From: Roseibium sp.
GTDB lineage: Bacteria > Pseudomonadota > Alphaproteobacteria > Rhizobiales > Stappiaceae
Direction: 5' to 3'
NCBI RefSeq assembly: GCF_025698965.1
Contig: NZ_JAILWL010000001.1
Coordinates: forward strand, 1 to 61,416
Length of the DNA stretch: 61,416 nucleotides
Translations under genes and position numbers: made by a program
Shown here: piece after piece, positions 46,959 through 56,094 of the stretch
Layout: every line of letters starts with the position of its first letter
Position numbering within the stretch: the first letter of the stretch is position 1
Notes under the pieces: generated by a model
The model's database searches: none
What the model saw: only the letters and a program-made list of their open reading frames with translations
What the model was told of the DNA's origin: nothing

Positions 46959-48560
46959 CTATGCCGCTGCAGACAGGCTCAGAACGTGTGAAATCATGCG
47001 GCCGCTAGGTGGTTCAATCAGCCCGGCCATCAGGCAGACGCCCAGAAACAGCATGGTGACGTAAAGGAGGGTGAGGTAGCTCGCCATCCAGTTTTGCAAT
47101 GTTGCAATCAGACCGTCGCCATCGCCCGCCCGCTGGTCGCCGCGATTGGACCAGCGCTGCTTCGACAGCCGGAAGATGCAATAGACTTTCACCGACGCGT
47201 TGATGAGCTGGTTGAAATACAAAATGAACGGATAACTGAGATCGACTTTCCTCGAATATTGGAAGAGGAACAGCGACAGCAGCATGCGCGTGATGCAGAT
47301 AAAAACCACGTAACCGAGGATGTAAAACGGGTCGTAAAGCACAGAGGTACAGATTGCCAGAACCGGGCTGACCAGCATGGTCCACATGGACACGCGTTGG
47401 TCCAGAAGGCACCACCAGATGAAGAATGGCATTCGACCCGGGCCTAGCGCCAGGGCACGGGTTCCATTGCGCAGCATGTTGCCTGACCAGCGCCGGAAGT
47501 TTTGAACCATCCGGTCCATGCCGGAGCCTTCGATCACTTCGACCGTGTAGCCCATGGCATCGGGCACATAGAGCATGCGACAGCCAGACTGGAGCATGTA
47601 GTACCAAGTGCTCTTGTCGTCGCCGGACAGAAACCGGAATTTACCCCACAGCCAATGCTCCAGATGGTCGGCTTCCAACAGACGGATGAACTTCAGCTTC
47701 ACAAGGTGATTGGCGCGGAACACCGACATGCGCCCGGTCAGGGTCAGGACACGGCCTGACAGGGAATGGGACTGCATGGCCAGCCGGCGCTGGGCAAAGC
47801 GCATGGTCAACCAGTTTGCAATCCAGCGCGGACCGATGCACAGCACTTCCTCGTCGGTCGTGCAGGCTTGAAGATCCGGATAGAGCTTGAAAAGGGGAAG
47901 ACAGGCACCAACGGCATTCTTGGCAAGGATGAAGTCGCCATCCATGAATATGATGAGATCGTCATCCTCGACATCACCGCGGCTCATGGCTCTGAGCACC
48001 AGGCCAATTGCCAGCCGCTTGCCGGGTTGGTTCTGTCGAACGACATGCAGCTTGATGTCGAGATCGCTCCATTCACGGACAAGAAGATTTGTGATCAGTT
48101 CTTCATCATAGGCGTCACCGGAACCGAGCCAGATGGTTCCGGGAACACCTGCGTCGCGAATTTCACGGCATATGGAACGGATGACTTTTTCGGTGATGTC
48201 CCGGTGTTCCTTGTAAGTGGTCATCATGAAATGAAGACGGCGAGGCCGCCAGCCGTCCTCCCAGATCTTCCGGCCCGCGTCACGCATGGATGGGTAGACG
48301 AAGCGTCCGTAAATCCAGGCACGGACAGCGTGGGTCATCCACCAGCCGTAGCGCCAGATGCCGAGAATTCCGATGACAAGTGTGATCTCTTTTGTCGTTG
48401 GGCTGAAAAAGACATTTTCGACGGTTGTCAGGCCGACAAAACAACAGCCGAAATAAAGACTTATCTGGAACAACGCAAAGGGTGTCCATTTCGCCAAACC
48501 CTTCGGCCGGTGCGTGATTTCGTCGACGTCATAGGTGCAGGCAGGGTTGCGGTCTTGCAT
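46959..48560 (-). CDS. alg8: GT2 processive glycosyltransferase, Alg8-like mannuronan synthase
   Basis: GILGIWRYGWW, GKRLAIG, MDGD (DxD), VLTLTGRMSVFRA, FLSGDDKSTWY, FRRWSGNMLR, LLDQRVSMWT. Confidence 0.85.
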   Translation of the reverse strand: MQDRNPACTYDVDEITHRPKGLAKWTPFALFQISLYFGCCFVGLTTVENVFFSPTTKEITLVIGILGIWRYGWWMTHAVRAWIYGRFVYPSMRDAGRKIWEDGWRPRRLHFMMTTYKEHRDITEKVIRSICREIRDAGVPGTIWLGSGDAYDEELITNLLVREWSDLDIKLHVVRQNQPGKRLAIGLVLRAMSRGDVEDDDLIIFMDGDFILAKNAVGACLPLFKLYPDLQACTTDEEVLCIGPRWIANWLTMRFAQRRLAMQSHSLSGRVLTLTGRMSVFRANHLVKLKFIRLLEADHLEHWLWGKFRFLSGDDKSTWYYMLQSGCRMLYVPDAMGYTVEVIEGSGMDRMVQNFRRWSGNMLRNGTRALALGPGRMPFFIWWCLLDQRVSMWTMLVSPVLAICTSVLYDPFYILGYVVFICITRMLLSLFLFQYSRKVDLSYPFILYFNQLINASVKVYCIFRLSKQRWSNRGDQRAGDGDGLIATLQNWMASYLTLLYVTMLFLGVCLMAGLIEPPSGRMISHVLSLSAAA

Positions 48561-50134
48561 CACTTTGCCTCCAGAAACTGTTCCACCGTGCGCCAGACCA
48601 CGTTGCCGCGATAGCGCTCGAAGTAGATATTTACAGGCGTTCCGCTGGTCGGCAGTTGTCCCGAAACCGGCGTGAGGATCACCTTGGCGGATCGGGAGTC
48701 CGGTGCGCGGAAGCGATGCGTTTCGCTCACTTCATCGACAAAACCGGCGGTACGGTCCACTTCAGAGACTTCGGCGGTCACCCAGCGGTCATCTGCCGGG
48801 AAATAGAGGTTGGCGGGGCTTCCGATCCGGACCTGCAAAACCTCCTCCTGGGTCAGAAAGGCGGTAATGAACTCGGTGCCTGTTTCTTCGACGGTCACCA
48901 TCGGTTCGCCCTGTTTGACGGCATTGCCCGGAACGAAGCCGACATCGATGATGCGACCGGAAAACGGTGCTGTGACCGTCTGCTGCGTTTCCTTCTTGGA
49001 AAGTTCTGCAACAACCGATTTCTGGAACGTTTGCTCGGATTTCAGTCGCGCTACCCTGGCTTCCATTTCCGCCAGGCGGCCGGCAAAAGCGTTTCCGGTG
49101 AAAAGGCGGATGCTGTCACCGCCATCGATCAGTTGCTTGAGTTCCTGGATATGGATTTCTTTTCGCGCCAGATCGGAAACAACTTGCTTTAACTCAAGTT
49201 CAGCTGCTTCAACATCCTGAGCAAGGACAAGACCCTTGTTTGCGAGGGTTTTGACCCGCACCAGCTTCAATTCCGCGTTTTCCTTGGCGAGAACCAGCCC
49301 GTCCAGCTGGGATTCCGCCTGACGCACATTGTTGCGAGCAATAAGAGAATAACCGTTGGCCCGACGCCTTTCTTCGCTGAGCAAAGTCTCCATTTCCGCA
49401 AGTTTTGCGTTTGTCGACGCCAGAACGGTTCTCGCGCGGCGCAGGTCGTTCTCGTGATTGACGTTTTCCATCACAACAAGCTGCTCTCCCGCCAAGATGT
49501 GTTGTTCGCCGACGCTGGGGGCATGAAGAACTCGCCCGGAAATTGGCGCGGTTACCTGAACCCTGTTGGCGCTGACAACAGCCGATTGAACTTCGAGACG
49601 GAACAGGGAAGCAAATGCATAGACGCCGACATATCCGAATACCGCCAGGCCGAGCGTCAGATAAAACAGGCTCATCATGATCTGTCTGATTGGCCAGCGA
49701 CGGACGGGCATGTCCTTCACGGGGTTAGGGTCGGGTTTGGTCGGCACAGGTGTCACCGGTGTATCGATCCGCACGATCGTGTCGGCAACATCAGTCATCT
49801 TGCCGCGGACAAGGTCCTCGACGAAATGCTGCATCAGGGACCTTTCACGTTCGCCAAGTTGCGTAAACGCAAAGGCAACCTGCCCGTTTTCCTCGTCGAG
49901 GCGAACAACCCTCGCATCGGCCTTCAACGAGATATTGAAACCCTGGAAAGGCAGGGTGCACGTTAGTGAATGATCGGACCCGTTTTCGGGAATGTTGCAC
50001 GAATACCCTGAGATCCGGCAGCCGCCGAGCCCCCAATCGACAGCATCAAAGGTTTGCCCGTCCAACGTAACGCGCATCGGCGCCGTTACCCTGTAGTGCA
50101 GCCTTTGGCTGGGTCTTTCGTGAATGATTTCCAC
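48560..50134 (-). CDS. alg44: Alg44-like co-polymerase (PilZ + TM + membrane-fusion/HlyD-like domain)
   Basis: IIHERPSQRLHYRV (RxxxR) and DWGLGG (variant of D/NxSxxG), a single TM helix, coiled coil and lipoyl-like halves (VTAPISG, VTAPFSG); coupled to alg8. Confidence 0.8.
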   Translation of the reverse strand: MEIIHERPSQRLHYRVTAPMRVTLDGQTFDAVDWGLGGCRISGYSCNIPENGSDHSLTCTLPFQGFNISLKADARVVRLDEENGQVAFAFTQLGERERSLMQHFVEDLVRGKMTDVADTIVRIDTPVTPVPTKPDPNPVKDMPVRRWPIRQIMMSLFYLTLGLAVFGYVGVYAFASLFRLEVQSAVVSANRVQVTAPISGRVLHAPSVGEQHILAGEQLVVMENVNHENDLRRARTVLASTNAKLAEMETLLSEERRRANGYSLIARNNVRQAESQLDGLVLAKENAELKLVRVKTLANKGLVLAQDVEAAELELKQVVSDLARKEIHIQELKQLIDGGDSIRLFTGNAFAGRLAEMEARVARLKSEQTFQKSVVAELSKKETQQTVTAPFSGRIIDVGFVPGNAVKQGEPMVTVEETGTEFITAFLTQEEVLQVRIGSPANLYFPADDRWVTAEVSEVDRTAGFVDEVSETHRFRAPDSRSAKVILTPVSGQLPTSGTPVNIYFERYRGNVVWRTVEQFLEAK

Positions 50135-50172
50135 TTTGGCATTTCCTTCATTGCCGATGACAGGGACACAGA

Positions 50173-50188
50173 CGCAAAGGGGAGGCCA
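50173..50188 (-). promoter_or_regulatory. sigma54 promoter for alg44-alg8
   Basis: Minus strand TGGCCTC-CCCT-TTGCG; IHF-like 50237-50249; UAS-like TTGCAAAATTGAAA (50296) and TTTCGAAATTGCAA (50338). Confidence 0.68.
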
Positions 50189-50431
50189 AAAACCGTGGGG
50201 CTGGAACTTGGAAGATTCTAAATTGAAGAAATCATATAATCCATTGAAATTATTGTGCTTTTATAAAGTTAAGAACTTGTTCATTATACGGGAGTTTGCA
50301 AAATTGAAATTGAAAACCGGACGAAGTCAGCTGCGGTTTTCGAAATTGCAAAGCCCGAAGCTGGTTCCATGTAGGAATGCCGGGGCGCATTCTTGCGACC
50401 CGGCGTTTCTCTCTCCAGAGGCTTTGAAACG

Positions 50432-52324
50432 TCAGAATATGAAGCAGTTGCTGTCGAACAAGGAGGTGACCGACTGGGTCCCCACGTCATTCAAAGTGCA
50501 CACATCCTGGTAGGTTCCGTTGCCGTTCAGGTCGACGGCAAGTGTCGTATCTCCATCCAGAACCGTTGCTTCCAGCTTAGCCAGGAAGGAAGGATCATCG
50601 TCAAATCGGGCAAGATGGCTGAAATCCAGAAGGTCGACGCCGATTTCAAAATCGGTGATTTCATCCACTCCCGTCAGATCCCAGGTCCGGAAGACGAACG
50701 TGTCGGCACCTTCGCCGCCTGTCACTGTGTCGGCACCTCTCAGACTGCGAATCTGATCATCGCCGGCACCGGCTTCAATCACGTTTACCCCGGAGGTTCC
50801 TTTCAGAATGTCATCGCCGCCACCTGACTTGATATTGTCGATGAAGTGCAGGGTATCCGTACCGATTTCCAATCCATGGCCGCGTTTGTTGTGCAAGGAC
50901 ACCGAAAGGTCGACATCAAAGTCGGAGTAATCGACGGTGTCGTTGCCTTTGCCGCCATGCATGTAGTCGTTGCCGGCATCTCCATAGAACGTGTCATCGT
51001 CATGACCGCCGTAGAGCTTGTCATTGTTGTGACCGCCGCGGAGTTCATCGTTTCCGGCACCACCTTTTAGGGTGTCGTCTCCATAGCCACCAATAAGAAT
51101 GTCGTTCCCGGAACCGCCAATGAGGCTGTCGGTGCCGTTGCCGCCATCCAGCATGTCGTCTCCGGTACCGCCATTCAGCGTGTCATTGCCGGTTTCTCCG
51201 TAAAGGACGTCATTGCCATTGTTGCCGTTCAGCTCGTCGTTGTGATGGCCTCCGTAAAGTGTGTCGTCGCCTGAATTGCCGTAAAGCGAGTCTATTCCTG
51301 AACCGCCGAAAAGCATGTCGTTACCGCTGCCGCCATGCAGGTCGTCATAACCGTTGTTGCCATAGAGCCAATCATCGCCAGAGCGACCATGCAGTTCATC
51401 GGCACCGGAACCGCCATGAAGAACATCATTGTCGGATCGCACGATCTCTGGACGATTGCCCTGTCCCGAACCGGTATCGCCCATGCCAATTTGCTGCTGA
51501 TAGTGAGCGTTTAGAAGCAAAGCGTTCTGAATGCCGATATCGACGGTGAAGACGCTGTCATCGAAGTCTCGGTCACCGCCGTTGAATAGGTCTTCAAACC
51601 CGAGCGTGATGGTGCCCGCATCCGTTTTCAACACACCTGTCGTGTGTAGAAGGTTATCCGGGTTGAGCCCAACCGTGTCGCCATAGGCGGCGGTGTGATA
51701 GGGATCGTACTGGATCAGGGTCTGGGTGCCGTCGGCCGCGATGTGATAGAGGCGGGGGCTGTCGCTGTTCAACGTAGCGACAGTGCCATCACTGTTCAGA
51801 AACTGGAGCGTTCCGGTTTCCATGTCGAGACCTGCATAGCCATTGTTTCGGCTATAGCCGTTTGAGACGATGAAGAAGGCGATCTTGTCGCCTGCCTGCA
51901 CATCCAGAAACTCACGGGACTCGCCTTGCACGAGGTCACCGCCACTCCCTTGCAAGGAAGCATTCGGCCAGATGAAATTAACATCGGTGATTGTGCCGTC
52001 GTCAGCAACCTTGTAATAGCCGAACGTGTTCTTGTAGCCGGCGGTCTCGCCTTCGAAAACGACCGACACCGGGTGATCACCCGTTATTGCCATGGATGTC
52101 AGCTGGACGAGATTGGGGCCACCGGAACCGTAAAGTATGTCGTTACCGTTATGGCCGTAAAGCGTATCATCACCGGTACCGCCCCAGATTTCGTCGTTAC
52201 CGTAATAGCCCTTCAACGTGTCGTCGCCAAAGCGACCGGACATGACATCTGAATGGACCGATCCATTCAGCACGTCATCCTCATTCGTCCCGATCACGGG
52301 GCGTGTTGCAGGTAAGCTTGCCAT
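50432..52324 (-). CDS. RTX/hemolysin-type Ca-binding repeat protein with DUF4114-like domain (type I secretion substrate)
   Basis: Many GGxGxDxLx nonapeptides; GETAGYKNTFGYY and LGFEDLFNGGDRDFDD; no signal peptide; C-terminal T1SS-like tail (DEITDFEIGVDLLDFS). Confidence 0.85.
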   Translation of the reverse strand: MASLPATRPVIGTNEDDVLNGSVHSDVMSGRFGDDTLKGYYGNDEIWGGTGDDTLYGHNGNDILYGSGGPNLVQLTSMAITGDHPVSVVFEGETAGYKNTFGYYKVADDGTITDVNFIWPNASLQGSGGDLVQGESREFLDVQAGDKIAFFIVSNGYSRNNGYAGLDMETGTLQFLNSDGTVATLNSDSPRLYHIAADGTQTLIQYDPYHTAAYGDTVGLNPDNLLHTTGVLKTDAGTITLGFEDLFNGGDRDFDDSVFTVDIGIQNALLLNAHYQQQIGMGDTGSGQGNRPEIVRSDNDVLHGGSGADELHGRSGDDWLYGNNGYDDLHGGSGNDMLFGGSGIDSLYGNSGDDTLYGGHHNDELNGNNGNDVLYGETGNDTLNGGTGDDMLDGGNGTDSLIGGSGNDILIGGYGDDTLKGGAGNDELRGGHNNDKLYGGHDDDTFYGDAGNDYMHGGKGNDTVDYSDFDVDLSVSLHNKRGHGLEIGTDTLHFIDNIKSGGGDDILKGTSGVNVIEAGAGDDQIRSLRGADTVTGGEGADTFVFRTWDLTGVDEITDFEIGVDLLDFSHLARFDDDPSFLAKLEATVLDGDTTLAVDLNGNGTYQDVCTLNDVGTQSVTSLFDSNCFIF

Positions 52325-52373
52325 TTACATTTCTCCTTCAATTGAGGCGAACACGCGCTTCCGGTGAAGGCTT

Positions 52374-52389
52374 TGCAGGCTTCGGGCCA
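52374..52389 (-). promoter_or_regulatory. sigma54 promoter for the RTX gene
   Basis: Minus strand TGGCCCG-AAGC-CTGCA; IHF-like TTTCAGATGTTTA at 52430-52442. Confidence 0.55.
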
Positions 52390-52637
52390 GCGCGCCCGCA
52401 TTGAGGAGAAGTGTGAAAAAGTCTATCTATTTCAGATGTTTATTTTGTTGTTCGGAATCAGAATTCGAACTGAACCTTTGCGTTTTAAGACAGCTCTTAC
52501 CGTTTTGAAAAATCCGGTTCCGGCAATGGGAATTGGTTAACGTTGCACCTCAGGGAGACAGCCGTAAGAGTCTGACGAACAACGTTAATAGTAACTTCGG
52601 CAAGCGTTGAGTTCAAAAACCGCAGTCCTGTGGCAGT

Positions 52638-53546
52638 TCAATTGGCTGATGCTTGTCTTATCCCATCCTTGAGCGCCCTGATCGCATCTGTTTCCACAAT
52701 CCCGGAGCGGCTCAGCAAACCGATTGGACGTGCCACTTCGGGGTTGAGGAGGTCCTTGAAGGTCAGGGACGTTCCCTGTGTGGATTTGATGACCGACCGT
52801 GGAAGCAGGGCGATGCCGACCCCTTCGCTGACCAGTTCCATCGCGGTTGTTGAGCGCCCGACTTCATACGACCATTGGGCCGTCAGGCGGCTTTTCGCCA
52901 TCGTCTCGTCAATCAGAAGACGGTTGCCCGTGCCACGCGCCGGGAGGATCAAGGGGTGACCTTCCAGGTTTGCCCAATCGACCCTGTCTTGACTGGCCAG
53001 AATATGAGTCGAGGGTATGGCCAGGCCGATAGGATCATTGAAGAGCGTTTCGAACCGAGTGTTTGGATCAAGGGAGCCAATCGAACACACACCAAAATCT
53101 GCGTCGCCCTGCGAGACGGCTTCGGCCACTTCGTTTGCCGCAAAATCCAGCAAACGAATTCGGGCGTTGAACCCCTGGTTTCGAAATTCTCTCAGCGCCG
53201 ACGGCAGCAGAGAGGCGACCACCGTCGGGATCATCGCCAGCGTGATCACGGAGTTACGCTGATAGGCAAACGCAACGCTTTCATCCCGCATGGCAAGGGC
53301 CGTCTCTCTTGCACCTTCCAGCATGGCCTCGGCACGTACCTGCAGTCTCTTGGCGGCAAGTGTCGGCCTGACTGCGCGGGTGGTACGTTCAAACAGCGGT
53401 GAACCCAATGCCTCTTCCAGCTTCTGCACACGCCGTGTAACCGCGGATTGCGAGAGGCTCAACCGCTCAGCCGCGTGATGGAAGGAGTTGGTCTCCATCA
53501 CTGCCAAAAAGGCTTCCAGATCGTTGAAGTCAAAATTAATGCGCAT
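52638..53546 (-). CDS. tcuR: LysR family regulator (TcuR-like)
   Basis: LysR HTH (SFHHAAERLSLSQSAVTRRVQKLEEALG..LFERTTR); divergent from tcuA. Gene symbol is by position. Confidence 0.8.
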   Translation of the reverse strand: MRINFDFNDLEAFLAVMETNSFHHAAERLSLSQSAVTRRVQKLEEALGSPLFERTTRAVRPTLAAKRLQVRAEAMLEGARETALAMRDESVAFAYQRNSVITLAMIPTVVASLLPSALREFRNQGFNARIRLLDFAANEVAEAVSQGDADFGVCSIGSLDPNTRFETLFNDPIGLAIPSTHILASQDRVDWANLEGHPLILPARGTGNRLLIDETMAKSRLTAQWSYEVGRSTTAMELVSEGVGIALLPRSVIKSTQGTSLTFKDLLNPEVARPIGLLSRSGIVETDAIRALKDGIRQASAN

Positions 53547-53553
53547 ATCGCAT
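53539..53553. promoter_or_regulatory. LysR recognition site (T-N11-A) overlapping the regulator's start codon
   Basis: ATGCG-CATAT-CGCAT palindrome. Confidence 0.6.
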
Positions 53554-53625
53554 CAATTTCAACAAAGTCATCATTAGTCAAATCAATTGCTCGATTGGTA
53601 GAAAGGCCTGAAGAGGACCCGGACC

Positions 53626-55011
53626 ATGACCACGCAATTCGATTTGGCCGTAATCGGTGGCGGCAACGCGGCGCTATGTGCTGCGATCACCGCCGCAGAG
53701 AGGGGCGCCAAAGTTGCCATTCTGGAGACAGCCCCCAAGGCCTATCGAGGCGGCAATTCTCGCCACACCCGCAATTTCCGGTGCATGCATTCGACACCTC
53801 TCGGGCCGTTGGTAGAAGATTACAGCGAAACAGAATATTTCGAGGATTTATTGAAGGTCACCGATGGCAAGACTGATGAAAAGCTTGCCCGGCTCGCCAT
53901 AAGAACTTCGGAAGAATGTCTCCCTTGGATGGAAAGGCGAGGTGTTCGTTTCCAGCCATCTCTGTCAGGCACACTGTCGCTTGCGCGCACCAACGCCTTT
54001 TTCATGGGCGGTGGCAAATCCCTGGTGAACGCCTATTACCGAACCGCGGAAAAACTGGGAGTGAAAGTGCTTTATGAAGCTCATGTCACGCACCTGGAGT
54101 TGGCAGGCGACCAAATCACCCGCATCGACTATTCCCACGAAGACATAAATCGGCAGATGTCGCCGAAGGCTGTCGTTGTTGCATCCGGCGGTTTCCAGGC
54201 CGACACCGACTGGTTGACCCGCGCGTGGGGGCCTGCCGCACGTAACTTCCTCATTCGTGGCACACCTTATAATCGAGGTGTGGTTCTTGCCGATCTTCTG
54301 GCGCAGGGAGTTCAATCCGTCGGTGATCCGACCCAGTGTCATGCGGTCGCCATTGATGGTCGGGCTCCCAAGTTCGACGGTGGCATCGTAACTCGTCTCG
54401 ATTGCGTGCCATTTTCAATTGTCGTCAACAAGAATGCCAAGCGGTTCTATGACGAGGGCGAGGATGTCTGGCCCAAGCGCTATGCGATCTGGGGACGGTT
54501 GGTTGCGGGTCAACCTGATCAGGTCGGCTATGTCATCATTGACGCAAAATCCCTGAACCTGTTCATGCCGTCTGTTTTCCCGCCGATCAAGGCGGACACG
54601 CTTGAAGAGCTCGCCCGGAAAATGGGATTGCCTGAGGCGGAACTCCGCAAGACCGTCGACGAGTTCAATGCCGCGTGCGGCGACACGTCGGCATTTCACC
54701 CGATGGAGCTGGATGCTGTCGCCACGACCAACCTGATGCCGCCAAAGACGAACTGGGCGCGCCCGATCACGGAAGCACCGTTCTACGGCTACAGCCTGCG
54801 GACTGGTGTCACCTTCACCTATCTGGGCCTCAAGGTTGATGAAAATGCCCAATGCAGCACCGCAACCGGACCGATCAGAAATCTGTGGGCCGCAGGTGAA
54901 ACCATGGCTGGATCAATTCTCGGGCAAGGATACCTCGCGGGCTTCGGCATGACGATCGGAACCGTGTTCGGACGCATCGCGGGACAGGAGGCTGCCAATT
55001 ATGCAAACTGA
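53626..55011 (+). CDS. tcuA: FAD-dependent tricarballylate dehydrogenase
   Basis: GGGNAALCAA, RGGNSRHTRN, LARTNAFFMGGGK, HAVAIDGRAPKFDGGIVTRLD. Confidence 0.92.
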   Translation: MTTQFDLAVIGGGNAALCAAITAAERGAKVAILETAPKAYRGGNSRHTRNFRCMHSTPLGPLVEDYSETEYFEDLLKVTDGKTDEKLARLAIRTSEECLPWMERRGVRFQPSLSGTLSLARTNAFFMGGGKSLVNAYYRTAEKLGVKVLYEAHVTHLELAGDQITRIDYSHEDINRQMSPKAVVVASGGFQADTDWLTRAWGPAARNFLIRGTPYNRGVVLADLLAQGVQSVGDPTQCHAVAIDGRAPKFDGGIVTRLDCVPFSIVVNKNAKRFYDEGEDVWPKRYAIWGRLVAGQPDQVGYVIIDAKSLNLFMPSVFPPIKADTLEELARKMGLPEAELRKTVDEFNAACGDTSAFHPMELDAVATTNLMPPKTNWARPITEAPFYGYSLRTGVTFTYLGLKVDENAQCSTATGPIRNLWAAGETMAGSILGQGYLAGFGMTIGTVFGRIAGQEAANYAN

Positions 55012-56068
55012 CCTTTTGCAGGAAGCCCGCCGGCAGGCTGAAATCTGTAACGCCTGCCGATATTGCGAAGGTTACTGCTCCGTGTTTCCGGCGTTGCATG
55101 CCGAGCGGTTCTTTTCCGATGGCGACCTGACCCAACTTGCTAATCTCTGTCACAACTGCCGGGGCTGTTACTATGCCTGCCAGTATACGGCGCCGCACGA
55201 GTTCGGCCTGAACCTTCCCAAGGTTCTGGCCGAAGTCAGGCACGACAGCTGGGAAACCCACGCATGGCCCACATCTGTTGCACGCGCATTTCAAAAGAGC
55301 GGTGTCATGATCGCTCTGGCGACCGTTCTTGGGTTTGCCGTAATGTTCCTCGCAATTCATATGTTCAAGCCTGCCGGCGGGGACGGTTTTTATGCGGTCC
55401 TGTCCCACTCGGTCATGATTGCCATTTTTCTGCCGGCGTTCCTGTTTCCGCTGGTCAGTATCGCAATCAGTCTGACGAGATATTGGCATACAACGGGTGG
55501 GACCAAGGTAACACTGGCGCAGATATCCGTTGCATTCGAGTCTGCTGCCAAGATGAAGAACCTGGCAGGAGGACATGGCGACGGCTGCAACTTTGAAGAC
55601 GAAGACCGGTTCAGTCAGGCACGTCGGCTGGCGCACCAGGCGGTAATGTACGGCTTTTTGCTCTGCTTCGCTTCGACATCCGTCGGTACCCTGATGCACT
55701 ATTTTCTGGATATGCCTGCGCCCTATCCGTTCTGGTCGCTGCCGAAACTCCTTGGCATTTCCGGAGGAATTTTGATGGTTATCGGCACCGTCAAGCTTGC
55801 GATGTTGAAGCTGCAGGCTGACAAAAACCTTGGTGCTCCGTCGGTGTGGGGAGGGGAAATGGGTTTCATTGTGCTGCTGTTCGTGGTCTCGCTCAGCGGG
55901 TTGCTGCTTTATGTTCTCGGCGGAACAGTGCTTCTACCGGCACTGCTTGCCATTCATCTCGGCTCGGTTCTGGGTTTCTTTCTGCTGACGCCCTACACAA
56001 AGATGGCGCACGGGTTTTATCGCCTTGCAGCCCTTGTTCGGGATGAGCAACGCAGACCTGCCGGGTAA
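55001..56068 (+). CDS. tcuB: tricarballylate utilization 4Fe-4S membrane protein
   Basis: ICNACRYCEGYC, LANLCHNCRGCYYAC, PYTKMAHGFYR. Confidence 0.92.
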   Translation: MQTDLLQEARRQAEICNACRYCEGYCSVFPALHAERFFSDGDLTQLANLCHNCRGCYYACQYTAPHEFGLNLPKVLAEVRHDSWETHAWPTSVARAFQKSGVMIALATVLGFAVMFLAIHMFKPAGGDGFYAVLSHSVMIAIFLPAFLFPLVSIAISLTRYWHTTGGTKVTLAQISVAFESAAKMKNLAGGHGDGCNFEDEDRFSQARRLAHQAVMYGFLLCFASTSVGTLMHYFLDMPAPYPFWSLPKLLGISGGILMVIGTVKLAMLKLQADKNLGAPSVWGGEMGFIVLLFVVSLSGLLLYVLGGTVLLPALLAIHLGSVLGFFLLTPYTKMAHGFYRLAALVRDEQRRPAG

Positions 56069-56094
56069 GCGGTGTAACTGGCAAAAGCCATTTC

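Noticed and set aside
3142-48614. Long antisense or alternate-frame ORFs (e.g. 3142-4542, 17291-18700, 28086-29021, 29790-30698, 30763-31692, 40068-41123, 43048-44067, 47766-48614)
   Set aside because: Shadow ORFs over well-supported genes, expected from GC-rich codon bias; no recognisable motifs.
50900-51450. ~27-bp periodic repeats in the DNA
   Set aside because: Fully explained by the encoded RTX nonapeptides.
51690-51715. QYDPYH in the RTX protein as a mannuronan epimerase YG(F/I)DPH motif
   Set aside because: The spacing differs (DPYH versus DPH) and there is no long beta-helix A-module.
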